DNA of 64,000 nucleotides from contig JBFXLE010000001.1 in assembly GCA_050173015.1 (NCBI GenBank), forward strand, positions 279,077 through 343,076. The letters run 5' to 3'. This document shows, one piece after another, positions 1-10,761 of this stretch. The DNA comes from Calditrichaceae bacterium. GTDB lineage: Bacteria; Calditrichota; Calditrichia; Calditrichales; JBFXGD01. Made by a program: the position numbers and the translations under genes. How positions within the stretch are numbered: position 1 is the first letter of the stretch; each line of letters starts with the position of its first letter. The notes under the pieces are model-generated. The model was given only the letters and a program-made list of their open reading frames with translations, ran no database searches and was not told the DNA's origin.

Positions 1-2
1 TG

Positions 3-602
3 CCATTGACCGGCAAAGATTTCAAAACAGGCCAGACACTGATGAAAACAATCCTGGCCCCCGGACTTAAAGCAAGAATGCTGGGCGTTGACGGCTGGTT
101 TTCCACAAATATTCTTGGAAACCGTGATGGTGAAGTTCTGGATGATCCTGAATCATTCAAAACAAAAGAAGAGAGCAAACTTTCTGTTCTCGATCAGATA
201 CTTCAGCCAAAGCTTTATCCGGAACTTTATAAAGACTTATATCATAAAGTTCGTATAAATTACTATCCTCCGCGCAAAGATAACAAAGAAGGCTGGGATA
301 ATATAGATATTTTCGGCTGGCTTGGTTACCCAATGCAGATCAAAATCGATTTTCTCTGCCGTGACAGTATTCTGGCGGCTCCAATAGTGCTGGATCTCGT
401 ATTGTTCCTGGATCTTGCAAAACGCGCCGGATTTAAGGGTATTCAGGAATGGCTGTCATTCTACTTCAAGAGTCCGATTCACGCGCCAAATCTGTATCCG
501 GAGCATGATTTGTTTATACAGATGATGAAACTAAAAAACACCTTGCGTGTAATGGCAGGCGAAGAACAGATCACCCACCTGGGACTTGATTATTACAAAT
601 AA
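3..602 (+). CDS. ino1: myo-inositol-1-phosphate synthase, C-terminal part (5' end outside window)
   Basis: GKDFKTGQT, NILGNRDG, DNKEGWD and CRDSILAAP motifs typical of MIPS; frame open from the window start. Confidence 0.9.
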   Translation, partial: PLTGKDFKTGQTLMKTILAPGLKARMLGVDGWFSTNILGNRDGEVLDDPESFKTKEESKLSVLDQILQPKLYPELYKDLYHKVRINYYPPRKDNKEGWDNIDIFGWLGYPMQIKIDFLCRDSILAAPIVLDLVLFLDLAKRAGFKGIQEWLSFYFKSPIHAPNLYPEHDLFIQMMKLKNTLRVMAGEEQITHLGLDYYK

Positions 603-636
603 TTATCAAATGTTCTGAAGCTTTCGCAAAATAATA

Positions 637-688
637 AAACGGTACAGAGGTTAATTGATAATCAAAAAATCTTTGTACCGTTTCTTTT
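637..688 (+). terminator. probable intrinsic terminator after ino1
   Basis: AAACGGTACAGAGGTT ... AATCTTTGTACCGTTT inverted repeat followed by a T-rich run. Confidence 0.6.
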
Positions 689-869
689 CATGTATTTAAA
701 TTTTTTTTATGTTTTTTAAAGAATTCAGATTATTATTACAATATGAGTTCGGGCCGGCTTCTCCACCTGATTCAGTAGAAGATTAAGGGCAAGATTTCCG
801 CGGTAAAATGAATCTGTCAGAATATTAATAGGATATTAATGATGGTAAGTTTCAAAAAGAAACAGGCAA

Positions 870-2219
870 ATGGACCTTGCCCGAAATACTAAAGCGAGCA
901 CCCTTAAGGATGTGTTAAAAACATCCTTACCGGCGGTGGTCGATCTTTCTGCGCAGACAATTACCTGGCTGATTGAAGCAATTTTTATCGGACAGTTATC
1001 GGCGCTTGCTCTGGCCGGAGTCGGGATTGCTCAGCAATTTATTGTGCTGACATTTAGTGTGCTTCTGACATTTGTCGTTGGCAGTTCGATCATCATTGTT
1101 CGTTATCTTGGGGCGGGTGATCATTGGAATGCCAACCATATATTGGGGCAGGCTCTGTTTATAGCGGTGATTCTTTCTATTTTGATCGCTCTTTTCTGGT
1201 ATTTTATCGTACCTGTCTTATTTGTCCTGATAAAAGAAGAAGGCGCAATTGCCCGGAATTACGGGATCGTATATATCAGGACAGTGTCTTACTTTGCTCC
1301 TTTGATAATTACCAACTTTATAGCGATCGGTATTCTGCGGGGCGTGGGTGATACTATGCTCACCATGACCATTAGTCTCATCATCGCGGTAATAAACATT
1401 TCTCTTGACGCGGTGCTGATTTTCGGTCTGTTTGGTTTCCCAAGATTAGAAACATTAGGCGCTGCTCTGGCAGTAGGTATCGCGCACAGTATAGGATTCA
1501 TCATTACGCTTACATACCTTAGAAATCGAAAATCGAGTTTGTTTTTAGCCGTGATGGAAGTTACCAAACCAAAACTCAGCACGTTTAAGAGATTATTTAA
1601 AATTGGTATTCCAACAACAGTCGAACAGTTTGTGTGGTCAATCGGTCAGATTATTCTCAGTTTTTTTGCAGCCCGGATAAGCGTGACCGCATTAGCGACA
1701 CATCAGGTTTTTGTTCGTATTCAATCGGTTTTGAGTATGGTGAACTGGGGATTTAGCGTCGCGGGAATGACTCTTGTCGGAAAAAACATCGGCGCGAAGA
1801 ATATGGCTGAAGCACGGAAAAGCGGCAGTATCACCGCGCTCGTTTCGATGGTATTTGTAATTATCATCGCTTTTGTAATTTATCCTTTTTCCGATGATAT
1901 TGTCGCGATATTTACCACAGATCAAAATGTCATCAACCTGGGGCAAAAGCTGATTCTCGTATTTCTGATTCTTCAGGTTCCAAAGGCATTGAATACGGTA
2001 TATTCAGGAAATCTGCGTGGCGCGGCCGATCTCAACTGGTTAATGTGGCTGGCGATCGGATCGGTGATTGTTAACGAAATCACCGGGGCATATGTGCTGG
2101 CTTTTGTGTTTGGTCTGCAGTTGATGGGACTCTGGATTATTCAGATCATTGATGAAATGGGAAGACTGGTTCTTAATTACTGGCGTTTTAACAGAGGAAA
2201 CTGGAAAAAAATCAGATAA
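870..2219 (+). CDS. MATE family efflux transporter
   Basis: 449 aa, about 12 hydrophobic segments in two repeats; LRGVGDT, FGLFGFPRL..LGAALA and LRGAAD motifs. Confidence 0.9.
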   Translation: MDLARNTKASTLKDVLKTSLPAVVDLSAQTITWLIEAIFIGQLSALALAGVGIAQQFIVLTFSVLLTFVVGSSIIIVRYLGAGDHWNANHILGQALFIAVILSILIALFWYFIVPVLFVLIKEEGAIARNYGIVYIRTVSYFAPLIITNFIAIGILRGVGDTMLTMTISLIIAVINISLDAVLIFGLFGFPRLETLGAALAVGIAHSIGFIITLTYLRNRKSSLFLAVMEVTKPKLSTFKRLFKIGIPTTVEQFVWSIGQIILSFFAARISVTALATHQVFVRIQSVLSMVNWGFSVAGMTLVGKNIGAKNMAEARKSGSITALVSMVFVIIIAFVIYPFSDDIVAIFTTDQNVINLGQKLILVFLILQVPKALNTVYSGNLRGAADLNWLMWLAIGSVIVNEITGAYVLAFVFGLQLMGLWIIQIIDEMGRLVLNYWRFNRGNWKKIR

Positions 2220-2220
2220 T

Positions 2221-2856
2221 ATGAAAAATTTAATCGAAACCACACGTTTTATTTCTTTTGAAGGAATAGATTTCTCTGGAAAGACGACTCAGATAGAACT
2301 TCTGGAAAAATATCTTAATAAAAAGGGGTTTCAGGTTTATATATTGCGTGAACCGGGCGGTACGGTTATTTCGGAAAAAATAAGAGATTTGCTTCTGGAT
2401 ATTAAACACGATAATATGGATTCGCGCGCGGAAATGTTCTTATACAGCGCCGCCCGGGTTCAGCTGTTGACCGAAAAAATTATTCCCTTGCTAAAAAATG
2501 GATATTATGTCCTTGCGGACAGGTATGTCGACTCAACAACTGCATATCAGGGTTATGGACGGGAGATCGAAATCAGCATCATAAAAAAAATCAACCAGGC
2601 TGCAACTTTTGATATCCTGCCGGGTATAACATTCTACCTTGAGATTGATCCCTTATCCGCATCGAAGCGCCGGATTAACAGCGGGCGATCAGAGGACAGG
2701 CTGGAATCCGCCGGAATAGAATTTTACCAAAGGGTGTTTGAAGGGTATAAAAAAATAGCAGCAGACGAGCCGGAACGGATTAAAGTTCTCGACGCCACAC
2801 TTCCAGTCAATCTTCTGCATGAACAAATCATAAAAAAAATTACTTTACAGAAGTAG
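2221..2856 (+). CDS. tmk: thymidylate (dTMP) kinase
   Basis: FISFEGIDFSGKTTQ P-loop, REPGGT, ADRY..ST.AYQG; ATG at 2221 directly after the MATE stop is more plausible than 2149. Confidence 0.95.
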   Translation: MKNLIETTRFISFEGIDFSGKTTQIELLEKYLNKKGFQVYILREPGGTVISEKIRDLLLDIKHDNMDSRAEMFLYSAARVQLLTEKIIPLLKNGYYVLADRYVDSTTAYQGYGREIEISIIKKINQAATFDILPGITFYLEIDPLSASKRRINSGRSEDRLESAGIEFYQRVFEGYKKIAADEPERIKVLDATLPVNLLHEQIIKKITLQK

Positions 2857-2866
2857 GTATAAAAAG

Positions 2867-4546
2867 ATGAAACGTGGTTTTAAAATATTGCTCATTGGAT
2901 GGATGGCAACGGTTCTATTGGGCGGTGCATGGTTTGTCAACTCGGTGCACGCTGATGAACAGGATTACTACTACCGGTTGAAAAAAAGCTGGCAGTACAT
3001 GCAGCGTGTTTATGAGCAGCTAAACATGCATTATGTGGAAGAAATTGATCCGTACCCTTTAATTAAATCCGGTATTGACGGGATGCTTGAGAAACTGGAT
3101 CCGTACACCGTGTTTATTGAAGAAGACGGAGACCGCCGGTTACAAATCATTACGACGGGTAAATACGGTGGGCTTGGTATGGAAATAAGTATGCGTGATA
3201 AAAAAGTCACCGTGATCTCACCGATGGAAAATTCCCCGGCTAAACGCGCCGGAATACTTGCCGGAGATATTATCGAGAAAATTGATGATCTGGAACTTAG
3301 AGGGCTGAGTATTGATGAAGTATCGAGAAAGCTGAGAGGTGAAGTCGGAACTGAAATAAAACTTGTTCTCAAACGACCGGGTTTTGATACACCTATTGAG
3401 CTGACTTTAAAACGGGAAGAAATAGTGATTGAGGATGTCGGTTATGCCGGTTTTGTAGAACCCGGGGTAGCGTATGTTAGCCTGAACGGATTTACGGAAA
3501 AAGCGGCGGTAGAATTGAGAAACGCGATCCTGGACCTTCAGAAACAGGGCCCGATCAGGTCGTTCATCCTGGATTTGAGAGGAAATCCCGGTGGATTGCT
3601 CGAATCGGCTGTGGATGTGGTCAATCTTTTTGTTGATAAGGATGAGCTTGTTGTTTCAACTAAAGGTTTCAGGGAAGGGGAAGTAAAATTTTATACGGAT
3701 AAAAAACCGTTGTTACCAGATGTACCCCTGGCAGTTCTTGTGGATGAAGGTAGCGCCAGCGCGTCGGAAATTGTAGCGGGCGCGCTACAGGATCTTGACC
3801 GGGCTGTTATCGTCGGACAACCCACGTTTGGTAAGGGGCTGGTACAAAAAGTGTACACAATTGATAAAGAAAGCGACGCCAAAATAAAAATAACAACGGC
3901 AAAATATTACATTCCGAGCGGCCGGTGCATACAGAAAAAAGATTATTCGGAAGATAATGATGTGATTTTTCCCCATAAAAAAACGGGGACTGAAGAACAC
4001 CCGTCTCATATCTATTACACCCGCAATAAACGGGAAGTTTTGGATCAGGGTGGCATCTATCCTGACATGGAAGTGGAAGGTGATTCAATAAATTATGTGT
4101 TTATCGAATTGATCCGTCAGAATATGTTCTTTGACTACGCCGTTCAGTATCATCTTGAACATCCGCAATGGCAGGGGGAGTTTAAAATAGATGATAAAAT
4201 ATGCCAGCAATTTCACGATTTCCTGAAAGCAAAGAATTTTCAGTATGATATGGAAGGAACTCAGGAACTGCAGAAACTTGAAAAGATAGCGTCTAAAAAA
4301 GAGTTTTCGGAAGATATTCTGCGATTGATCGGGCAATTAAAAGAAAAACTGGAAAATGAAAAAGATCGGGATTTTCAGGATAACCGTCCAGTTATCAGAA
4401 GATATCTAAAAATGGAGTTGGCAGAAAAATATTTCGGTAAAAAAACGCGTGATCAATATTCCATTGAGTTCGATCCCCAGGTAAAAGAAGCGCGGATATT
4501 GATCAAGGACCAACAGCGCTATGTAAAAATTCTAGCCAATAAATAG
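2867..4546 (+). CDS. ctpA: S41 C-terminal processing peptidase (PDZ + protease)
   Basis: signal peptide, LDPYT, GGLG PDZ, DLRGNPGGLL, SASASEIVAGALQD, TFGKGLVQ. Confidence 0.92.
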   Translation: MKRGFKILLIGWMATVLLGGAWFVNSVHADEQDYYYRLKKSWQYMQRVYEQLNMHYVEEIDPYPLIKSGIDGMLEKLDPYTVFIEEDGDRRLQIITTGKYGGLGMEISMRDKKVTVISPMENSPAKRAGILAGDIIEKIDDLELRGLSIDEVSRKLRGEVGTEIKLVLKRPGFDTPIELTLKREEIVIEDVGYAGFVEPGVAYVSLNGFTEKAAVELRNAILDLQKQGPIRSFILDLRGNPGGLLESAVDVVNLFVDKDELVVSTKGFREGEVKFYTDKKPLLPDVPLAVLVDEGSASASEIVAGALQDLDRAVIVGQPTFGKGLVQKVYTIDKESDAKIKITTAKYYIPSGRCIQKKDYSEDNDVIFPHKKTGTEEHPSHIYYTRNKREVLDQGGIYPDMEVEGDSINYVFIELIRQNMFFDYAVQYHLEHPQWQGEFKIDDKICQQFHDFLKAKNFQYDMEGTQELQKLEKIASKKEFSEDILRLIGQLKEKLENEKDRDFQDNRPVIRRYLKMELAEKYFGKKTRDQYSIEFDPQVKEARILIKDQQRYVKILANK

Positions 4547-4593
4547 TTTCTAAATTAAAATTTTCAAAAGTTTTAATCATTAATTAAATTGTT

Positions 4594-4622
4594 GAGCCCT
4601 GGAGAGATACAGGGCTCTTTTT
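4594..4622 (+). terminator. intrinsic terminator
   Basis: GAGCCCTG-N8-CAGGGCTC followed by TTTTT. Confidence 0.8.
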
Positions 4623-4674
4623 ATTTTTAAAAAATCAAACAAAATTACATTGATATTGTGATAAATTTTAGAAT

Positions 4675-6072
4675 GTGAATTCAGATTATATGGATATCAG
4701 ACCTCTTTTTGAAAAAATCTACCTCACTGCCAGGGAACTTGATTATGATATATATGTAGTTGGCGGATTTGTCCGGGATAAATTATTGGGGAAGAAAGTT
4801 AAAGATATTGATTTTGTGGTTGTGGGTGACGCCATGAAGTTTGCGGATCACCTGAAAAGGACATTGCGTTTAAAGCGTATGGTCCGATATCCCCGGTTTG
4901 GGACTTTCATGGCCAGGTATTATGATTACATGCTTGAATTTGTCAACGCGCGTGAAGAATCGTACTCCGAAGATTCGAGGAAGCCGGTAACAAAGCAAGC
5001 GGACTTGTACTCCGATCTCAGCCGACGGGATTTTACCATAAACACCCTGGCAATGGATATCTCACCTGAAAAATACGGTTCGATTATCGATGTTTATAAA
5101 GGCCGGAAAGATCTCGAAAAAGGAATAATAAAAACTCCGCTTGATCCGATCCGGACCTTCAGTGACGATCCGCTTCGAATGATGCGAGCTGTCCGGTTTG
5201 CTACTCGCTTCAAATTTAAAATAGCCCCAAAAACCTACAGCGCGATTTCAGCAACTGCTGATCGGTTAAGCATTATATCCGAGGAGCGGATTACCGACGA
5301 ATTTAATAAGATATTAATGGGAGATAAACCGTCCATCGGGTTGAAAATGCTTGATGAAACAGGACTTCTAAATCAGTTTTTACCCGAGTTCAGCGTGACA
5401 AAGGGAGTCGAACAGAAAAAAGAACATCATCATAAGGATGTCTTCTATCATACTCTGGAGGTTATCGATAATGTTGCTGAAAAAACAGACCGGCTCGAAC
5501 TTAGGTTAGCGGCTTTGCTTCATGATATCGGTAAGCCAAGAACTAAAAAATTTATCGAGGGTACGGGATGGACCTTTCACGGGCATGAAGTTGTGGGGGA
5601 GCGGATGACCAGCGCGATCCTGCACAGATTGAAATATTCAAAAGAAATGATCAAAAAAGTCAAATCTTTGGTGCGATTGCATCTTCGACCGATGGCGCTT
5701 GTGAATGAAGAAGTCACCGATTCGGCGATCAGGCGTTTGATTTTTCTTGCCGGAGATCAAATAGATGATCTAATGGATTTATGCCGCGCGGATATCACAT
5801 CAAAAAATCCTGTAAGAGTGAAGCGTTATCTGAAAAATTATGAGATGGTGGTCGAAAAAATGAAGGAGGTTGAACAGCGTGATCATCTCCGGAATTTCCA
5901 GCCTCCTGTTGACGGAAAAGAAATAATGGAATTGTTCGATCTAAAACCGGGACCAATGGTAGGCAGAGTCAAGAAATTTGTGGAAGAGGCCATATTGAAT
6001 GGTGATGTCGCCAATGAGCATGACGCTTGTCTTCAACTAATCATCAGTCATAAAAAGGAATTACTGAAATAA
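4675..6072 (+). CDS. cca: CCA tRNA nucleotidyltransferase with HD domain (start may be ATG 4690)
   Basis: VGGFVRD, DIDF, RRDFTIN, DDPLRMMRAVRF, HDIGK. Confidence 0.9.
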   Translation: MNSDYMDIRPLFEKIYLTARELDYDIYVVGGFVRDKLLGKKVKDIDFVVVGDAMKFADHLKRTLRLKRMVRYPRFGTFMARYYDYMLEFVNAREESYSEDSRKPVTKQADLYSDLSRRDFTINTLAMDISPEKYGSIIDVYKGRKDLEKGIIKTPLDPIRTFSDDPLRMMRAVRFATRFKFKIAPKTYSAISATADRLSIISEERITDEFNKILMGDKPSIGLKMLDETGLLNQFLPEFSVTKGVEQKKEHHHKDVFYHTLEVIDNVAEKTDRLELRLAALLHDIGKPRTKKFIEGTGWTFHGHEVVGERMTSAILHRLKYSKEMIKKVKSLVRLHLRPMALVNEEVTDSAIRRLIFLAGDQIDDLMDLCRADITSKNPVRVKRYLKNYEMVVEKMKEVEQRDHLRNFQPPVDGKEIMELFDLKPGPMVGRVKKFVEEAILNGDVANEHDACLQLIISHKKELLK

Positions 6073-6482
6073 TGAGAGTCCTGTTCTGGTATATGGATCA
6101 GTTTGGGTATTATCCCGCTATAAAAAACTTGGAAAATACCACGTCCGTTGATGATGGCGCGGAATTTAAAAATACCATCGTCGCTTTTATTCACGGTGAA
6201 AAGATTGACGAGGATAATGTTTCAAAAACGGAAACTAAATTAGTTAAGAATATCAAATGGCTTGCCGGGAAGCTGGAGTGTAAAAATATTGTACTCCATT
6301 CATTCGCGCATCTGGGAGAATCCAAATGTGACCCGCAATTTCTTAAAGATCTGTTTGATCGAGTTGAATCAAGGCTGGATAACACAGGCTATATTGTTTC
6401 TCAGACTCCGTATGGATACTTTCTTGATATTAAAATAGATGCTCCCGGAAAATCTCTGGCAAGAGTTTACAAAGAATTCTAA
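6072..6482 (+). CDS. stand-alone archaeal-type threonyl-tRNA synthetase editing domain protein
   Basis: MRVL start, LHSFAHL, TPYGYF and GKSLARV match the archaeal ThrRS N-terminal editing domain pattern (PFAHL, PFGYY, GHPLA); TAATG overlap with cca. Confidence 0.8.
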   Translation: MRVLFWYMDQFGYYPAIKNLENTTSVDDGAEFKNTIVAFIHGEKIDEDNVSKTETKLVKNIKWLAGKLECKNIVLHSFAHLGESKCDPQFLKDLFDRVESRLDNTGYIVSQTPYGYFLDIKIDAPGKSLARVYKEF

Positions 6483-6590
6483 ATTCAGTTATGATCGGCT
6501 GTGGATTACTCCTTTCCTGATGTGTGTACTTATAAAAAATAATAAAATTTGAATATTTCGCATACATATTTGTAAAATAAGAAAAGAATC

Positions 6591-6616
6591 GCAACTTTTT
6601 CCTGTCTATCTCGTCT
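6591..6616 (+). promoter_or_regulatory. ECF sigma factor-type promoter upstream of the efflux operon
   Basis: GCAAC-N16-CGTCT (AAC/CGT geometry of ECF promoters) 33 nt before the ATG, followed by AAAGGAG RBS. Confidence 0.55.
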
Positions 6617-6648
6617 CTTTACTTACCTCAATTAAAGGAGAATTAACC

Positions 6649-7380
6649 ATGTCGGAAGTAAAAGCAAATTACGATTCAGTGATCAAATTAACCACATGGA
6701 CAAAAATCACGAAGATATTTACCGAACCGGCTGTGGTTTTTGAAAATCTACGGGTGTATCCGGATTGGATTATTCCGGTGCTTCTCACCCTCCTGGTTGG
6801 GTTGTCTACCGTTTATTTAACCGTGGACATTCAGAAAAAAACACAACAGGAATTTATTCTGAACTCGGAACAAATTCCCGAGGAACAAAAAGATGAAATT
6901 CTGGAAGGTTTGGAGGATCAGTCCTTCGCGCGCACGGTTGTCGTGCCGGCCGCCGGACTGGTTTTCTGGGTGTTTGCTTCATACGCGGTTGCGGCTCTGG
7001 CATTTATGGCTTTTGGAAATTTTATATACGGAGGCAAGGCGACTTTTGTACAAAATTTCGCGTTGTATTCATGGGCGGGATTAATTGGTGTGCTGGAGGG
7101 GTTAATCAAGTTACCGCTGTTTATCAGTAAAGGCACTTTCGAAGTATATACAAGTCTTGCGATATTGTTGGATCCGGGAGAGTCAAAAACATTAATGTTT
7201 AAAATATTTAATGCCGTGGATATCTTTTCAATTTGGAAGATCATTGTATGGTCGATAGGATTCAGCGTGATTTATAAATTCAGTAAAGGCAAATCTTATA
7301 CGGCAATTATAATATTATTCCTTATATATACAGTAATTTCAATCAGTATTAGTCAGATGTTTGGTGGTTTTGGTAATTAA
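6649..7380 (+). CDS. Yip1 family membrane protein (YknW-like)
   Basis: IFTEPAVVFENL, about 5 TM segments, DIFSIW; first gene of a MacAB-type operon. Confidence 0.75.
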   Translation: MSEVKANYDSVIKLTTWTKITKIFTEPAVVFENLRVYPDWIIPVLLTLLVGLSTVYLTVDIQKKTQQEFILNSEQIPEEQKDEILEGLEDQSFARTVVVPAAGLVFWVFASYAVAALAFMAFGNFIYGGKATFVQNFALYSWAGLIGVLEGLIKLPLFISKGTFEVYTSLAILLDPGESKTLMFKIFNAVDIFSIWKIIVWSIGFSVIYKFSKGKSYTAIIILFLIYTVISISISQMFGGFGN

Positions 7381-7396
7381 TCAGAGGAGAACGTAA

Positions 7397-8794
7397 ATGA
7401 AGGTTAGCTATAAGGTGCTTAACAAATTATCGGCTTTAACAATGGTGCTTCTATTTGCCGGTCTGTCCACCGCTCAGGAAAACAAGGCACCGGAAATGTT
7501 AACCCTCGATGAGTGCATTCAGATTGCTCTGGGAAACAATTCGAGTCTTAAGACTTCTGAGTATTCTAATGACGCGTCAAAACTGGATGAACTCGGAAGT
7601 TATCGGGGAATTCTGCCAAATGTGGATATCAGCGCGTCAAAGGGCGAATATGAAACCGGACCCTCGGTTTATCTGAGTGATGAACCGATTGGCGTTGATC
7701 CGGCAACCGGTGAAGTAATCTATGAACAGAGAGTAAGAAGAACCGCGAAATCAATACGAAAAACAAATAACGCCGGACTCTCGGTGGATCAGATGGTGTT
7801 TGACGGAGGCAACTGGTGGAATCAGATTCGTCAGGCTAAAGCGAATAAGCGATCATCTGATTTCGGTCTGGAATCAGACCGGAACAATGTGATTTTATCT
7901 GTCCAGGAGGCCTATTTTGATCTGCTGAAACAGGTACGATTGCTGGAGGCTTATGAGCTGGCCGTGCAGCGGAGCGAGGGACAGTTAAACCGAACACAAA
8001 AAATGTTTGAATTGGGTGCTACCGCCAGGCTGGATGTTTATCGTTCTCAGGTCAATCTTGGTAATGACAAAATCTCTTTGCTGACTCAGGGTAATGCTGT
8101 CAGATCCGCAAAAAATAAACTCAATTTAGCGATGGGGCGTGATCCTCTGGAGCCGATCAAGGTTCAGGCGACTTTAGATGTTCCGGAGTCTTTGCCTACG
8201 CCTGAAGATTTAATAGAAACAGCATTTGGCAATCAGCCGCTGCTTAAAAAGAATGAAGCGGACATTAAATCACAGGATTTGGCGGTTTCTCTCGCGAAGG
8301 GGAGTTTATCACCAAATATTTCACTATATTTGAACTATGACCGCAGAAATGAAGAGCTCGACCGGGTTTGGTCAGGTTTTGATCAGAACTATACACTTTC
8401 GTATGGAGTGTATCTCTCATTTAATTTGTTTAATGGATTCTCTGATTATGTAACTATTCAGAAGGCAAAAATCGCTAAGCGTACCGCTGAAGAGAATTAC
8501 GAAGAATATAAGAGAAATCTGAAATCAACCATCTATCAATACTACGATAATTACAAGTCTTATCTTTCTATCATTGAAATAAACCGTCAGAATCTTGAAG
8601 CGGCAAAAGAGGAATTAAGACTTGCTGAAGAGCGTTATCAAATCGGCGCGGGTACAACTCTTGATGTCAGGGAAGCACAGGTTAATCTAATGATTGCAGA
8701 ACAAACACTTATTGAATCACAGTATAATTCTCTAATCAGCCTGGCTCAGATCGATAACCAACTTGGCCTTACGTATGAAAAAATAAGCAATTAA
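7397..8794 (+). CDS. TolC family outer-membrane efflux protein
   Basis: signal peptide, LTLDECIQIAL, two OEP repeats (AYFDLL; ERYQIGAGT.LDV). Confidence 0.9.
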   Translation: MKVSYKVLNKLSALTMVLLFAGLSTAQENKAPEMLTLDECIQIALGNNSSLKTSEYSNDASKLDELGSYRGILPNVDISASKGEYETGPSVYLSDEPIGVDPATGEVIYEQRVRRTAKSIRKTNNAGLSVDQMVFDGGNWWNQIRQAKANKRSSDFGLESDRNNVILSVQEAYFDLLKQVRLLEAYELAVQRSEGQLNRTQKMFELGATARLDVYRSQVNLGNDKISLLTQGNAVRSAKNKLNLAMGRDPLEPIKVQATLDVPESLPTPEDLIETAFGNQPLLKKNEADIKSQDLAVSLAKGSLSPNISLYLNYDRRNEELDRVWSGFDQNYTLSYGVYLSFNLFNGFSDYVTIQKAKIAKRTAEENYEEYKRNLKSTIYQYYDNYKSYLSIIEINRQNLEAAKEELRLAEERYQIGAGTTLDVREAQVNLMIAEQTLIESQYNSLISLAQIDNQLGLTYEKISN

Positions 8795-8838
8795 CCGATC
8801 TGTATCTTCGTTTTGCAATGAACGATTTGGAGTGAACA

Positions 8839-10038
8839 ATGAAAAAATATTTGATTATCGGCGGGATTATAATTGTAGTCGGAGCGCTGGTCGCCGCCAA
8901 TCTTCTTAAGAAAGAAAAAGGCGTAGAAGTCACAACAGAGAAGATCTCAAAGGGGACCATCTTACAAAAAGTTACGGGATCCGGACAGATTAAGCCGGCA
9001 GTTGACGTAAAAATAAGCGCCAATGTCGCGGGCAAAATTCTCGAATTGAACGCTAAAGAAGGTGAACGGGTTAAAAAAGGACAATTACTGGTTCAGCTGG
9101 ATCGTGTCCAGTATGAGGCGGCCGTTGAACGCGCTGAATCGGTCCTGATGTCCGCGCAGGCGAATGAAAAAATTGCCAATAGCGAATTGGTACGCGCGAA
9201 AGAACTTAACGCGCAAAGGCTTTCATCTCAGGCTGAATTTGAATCGGCGGAGGCAAAATATGAAGCCGCCGTAAGTACAAGACTTCAGGCGGAAGCTTCC
9301 CTGAAAGAAGCCAGAGAATCACTGAGCAAAACAAGTCTTTATGCTTCCATGGACGGTGTGGTGACCAGAATGAATAAAGAGGTGGGTGAAATGGCCATCG
9401 GCGCCCAGTTTCAGGAAGATGTAATCCTTGTGGTTTCTAATTTATCAGTAATGGAATCGGTTATAGAAGTCGATGAAAATGAGATAATTAATGTATCAAT
9501 GAATGATACATGTGATGTTGAGGTTGATGCCTTTCCGGATACACTGTTCAAGGGATTTGTTTCCGAAATCGCGAATTCAGCGGTTACCAAGGGTCTTGGC
9601 ACTCAGGAACAGGTCACCAATTTTGAAGTGACGGTAACTATCCTGAACGCGGATAAAAGATTCCGACCGGGTATGAGTACAACAGTTGACATATACACGG
9701 ACAGAGAAGATAACATCATAAAAGTTCCCATCCAGGCGGTGACTGTCAGAGAAAAAGATCGTCTGGAAAAGAAAGCGGATGTTGAAGACAGAGAAGAATC
9801 TGAAGAAGATTCGGATGATAAATCCAAAAAAGAAATGGTCGAGGCTGTATTTATTGTTCAGGATTCCAGGGCGGTTGCAAAAGCCGTCAGGCTTGGAATC
9901 AGCGATGATACTCATTATGCCATTTTAGCGGGGCTTGACGAAGACGATGATGTGATCACGGGACCCTTCAAATTCCTAAACAAAACATTGAGTACGGGTG
10001 ACCTGGTGGAAATAAAATCAAAGAAAAAGGGCAAATAG
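8839..10038 (+). CDS. efflux periplasmic adaptor subunit (MacA/HlyD-like)
   Basis: N-terminal TM, lipoyl halves ([27 protein letters not shown]), alpha hairpin, FRPGMS. Confidence 0.9.
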   Translation: MKKYLIIGGIIIVVGALVAANLLKKEKGVEVTTEKISKGTILQKVTGSGQIKPAVDVKISANVAGKILELNAKEGERVKKGQLLVQLDRVQYEAAVERAESVLMSAQANEKIANSELVRAKELNAQRLSSQAEFESAEAKYEAAVSTRLQAEASLKEARESLSKTSLYASMDGVVTRMNKEVGEMAIGAQFQEDVILVVSNLSVMESVIEVDENEIINVSMNDTCDVEVDAFPDTLFKGFVSEIANSAVTKGLGTQEQVTNFEVTVTILNADKRFRPGMSTTVDIYTDREDNIIKVPIQAVTVREKDRLEKKADVEDREESEEDSDDKSKKEMVEAVFIVQDSRAVAKAVRLGISDDTHYAILAGLDEDDDVITGPFKFLNKTLSTGDLVEIKSKKKGK

Positions 10039-10039
10039 T

Positions 10040-10717
10040 ATGTTGATCAATATGGTAAATCTGGTCAAATCTTATCAACTTGGTGAAATAGAGGTTGTTG
10101 CCCTGAGCGGTGTCAATGTTAAGATTGACAAAAATGAATATGTATCGATTATGGGGCCGAGCGGGTCAGGAAAATCGACACTCATGAACATCATCGGGTG
10201 TCTGGATGTATCAACGAGCGGTGACTATATCCTCAATGGGACGAATGTGAGCACTCTTACGGACGACCGGCTGGCGGAAATCCGCAACAAGGAAATCGGT
10301 TTTGTATTTCAGACCTTTAATCTGTTGCCTCGGGCGAACGCATTGCATAATGTTGAGTTGCCTCTGATATATAATGGTACTCCGAGAACAAAACGGCAGG
10401 AGACAGCCGTTAAGACACTTAATGAAGTTGGACTCGGTGACCGTATGCATCACAAACCGAGCGAACTTTCCGGTGGTCAAAGGCAGAGGGTAGCAATTGC
10501 CCGCGCGTTGGTTAACAAGCCGTCCCTGATTCTGGCTGATGAACCGACAGGAAATCTTGATTCGAAAACGGGTTTGGAAATCATGGAAATTTTTGACCAG
10601 CTTCACGCGGCAGGGAATACGATTATACTTGTTACTCATGAAGAAGAAATCGCGAGACACAGTAAGAGAATCATCCGTTTACTGGATGGCAAGGTAATCT
10701 CGGATGAAACTAACTAG
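10040..10717 (+). CDS. ABC transporter ATP-binding protein (MacB/LolD-type)
   Basis: [38 protein letters not shown]. Confidence 0.95.
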   Translation: MLINMVNLVKSYQLGEIEVVALSGVNVKIDKNEYVSIMGPSGSGKSTLMNIIGCLDVSTSGDYILNGTNVSTLTDDRLAEIRNKEIGFVFQTFNLLPRANALHNVELPLIYNGTPRTKRQETAVKTLNEVGLGDRMHHKPSELSGGQRQRVAIARALVNKPSLILADEPTGNLDSKTGLEIMEIFDQLHAAGNTIILVTHEEEIARHSKRIIRLLDGKVISDETN

Positions 10718-10761
10718 TAGAGACCTTCAGAACCGAAAGATATTATCAGGCAGATAATTTT

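Noticed and set aside
745-820. Short hairpin (CTTCT..CTGA TTCAG..AGAAG) containing TCCACC upstream of the MATE gene, considered as a guanidine-IV or other riboswitch
   Set aside because: Second conserved loop and terminator stem are not present; an Rfam search would be needed
2149-2220. N-terminal extensions from the ORF track for tmk (also S9 peptidase 33886, iorA 33778, glgP 43944)
   Set aside because: Downstream ATGs have better RBS or context and match expected family starts
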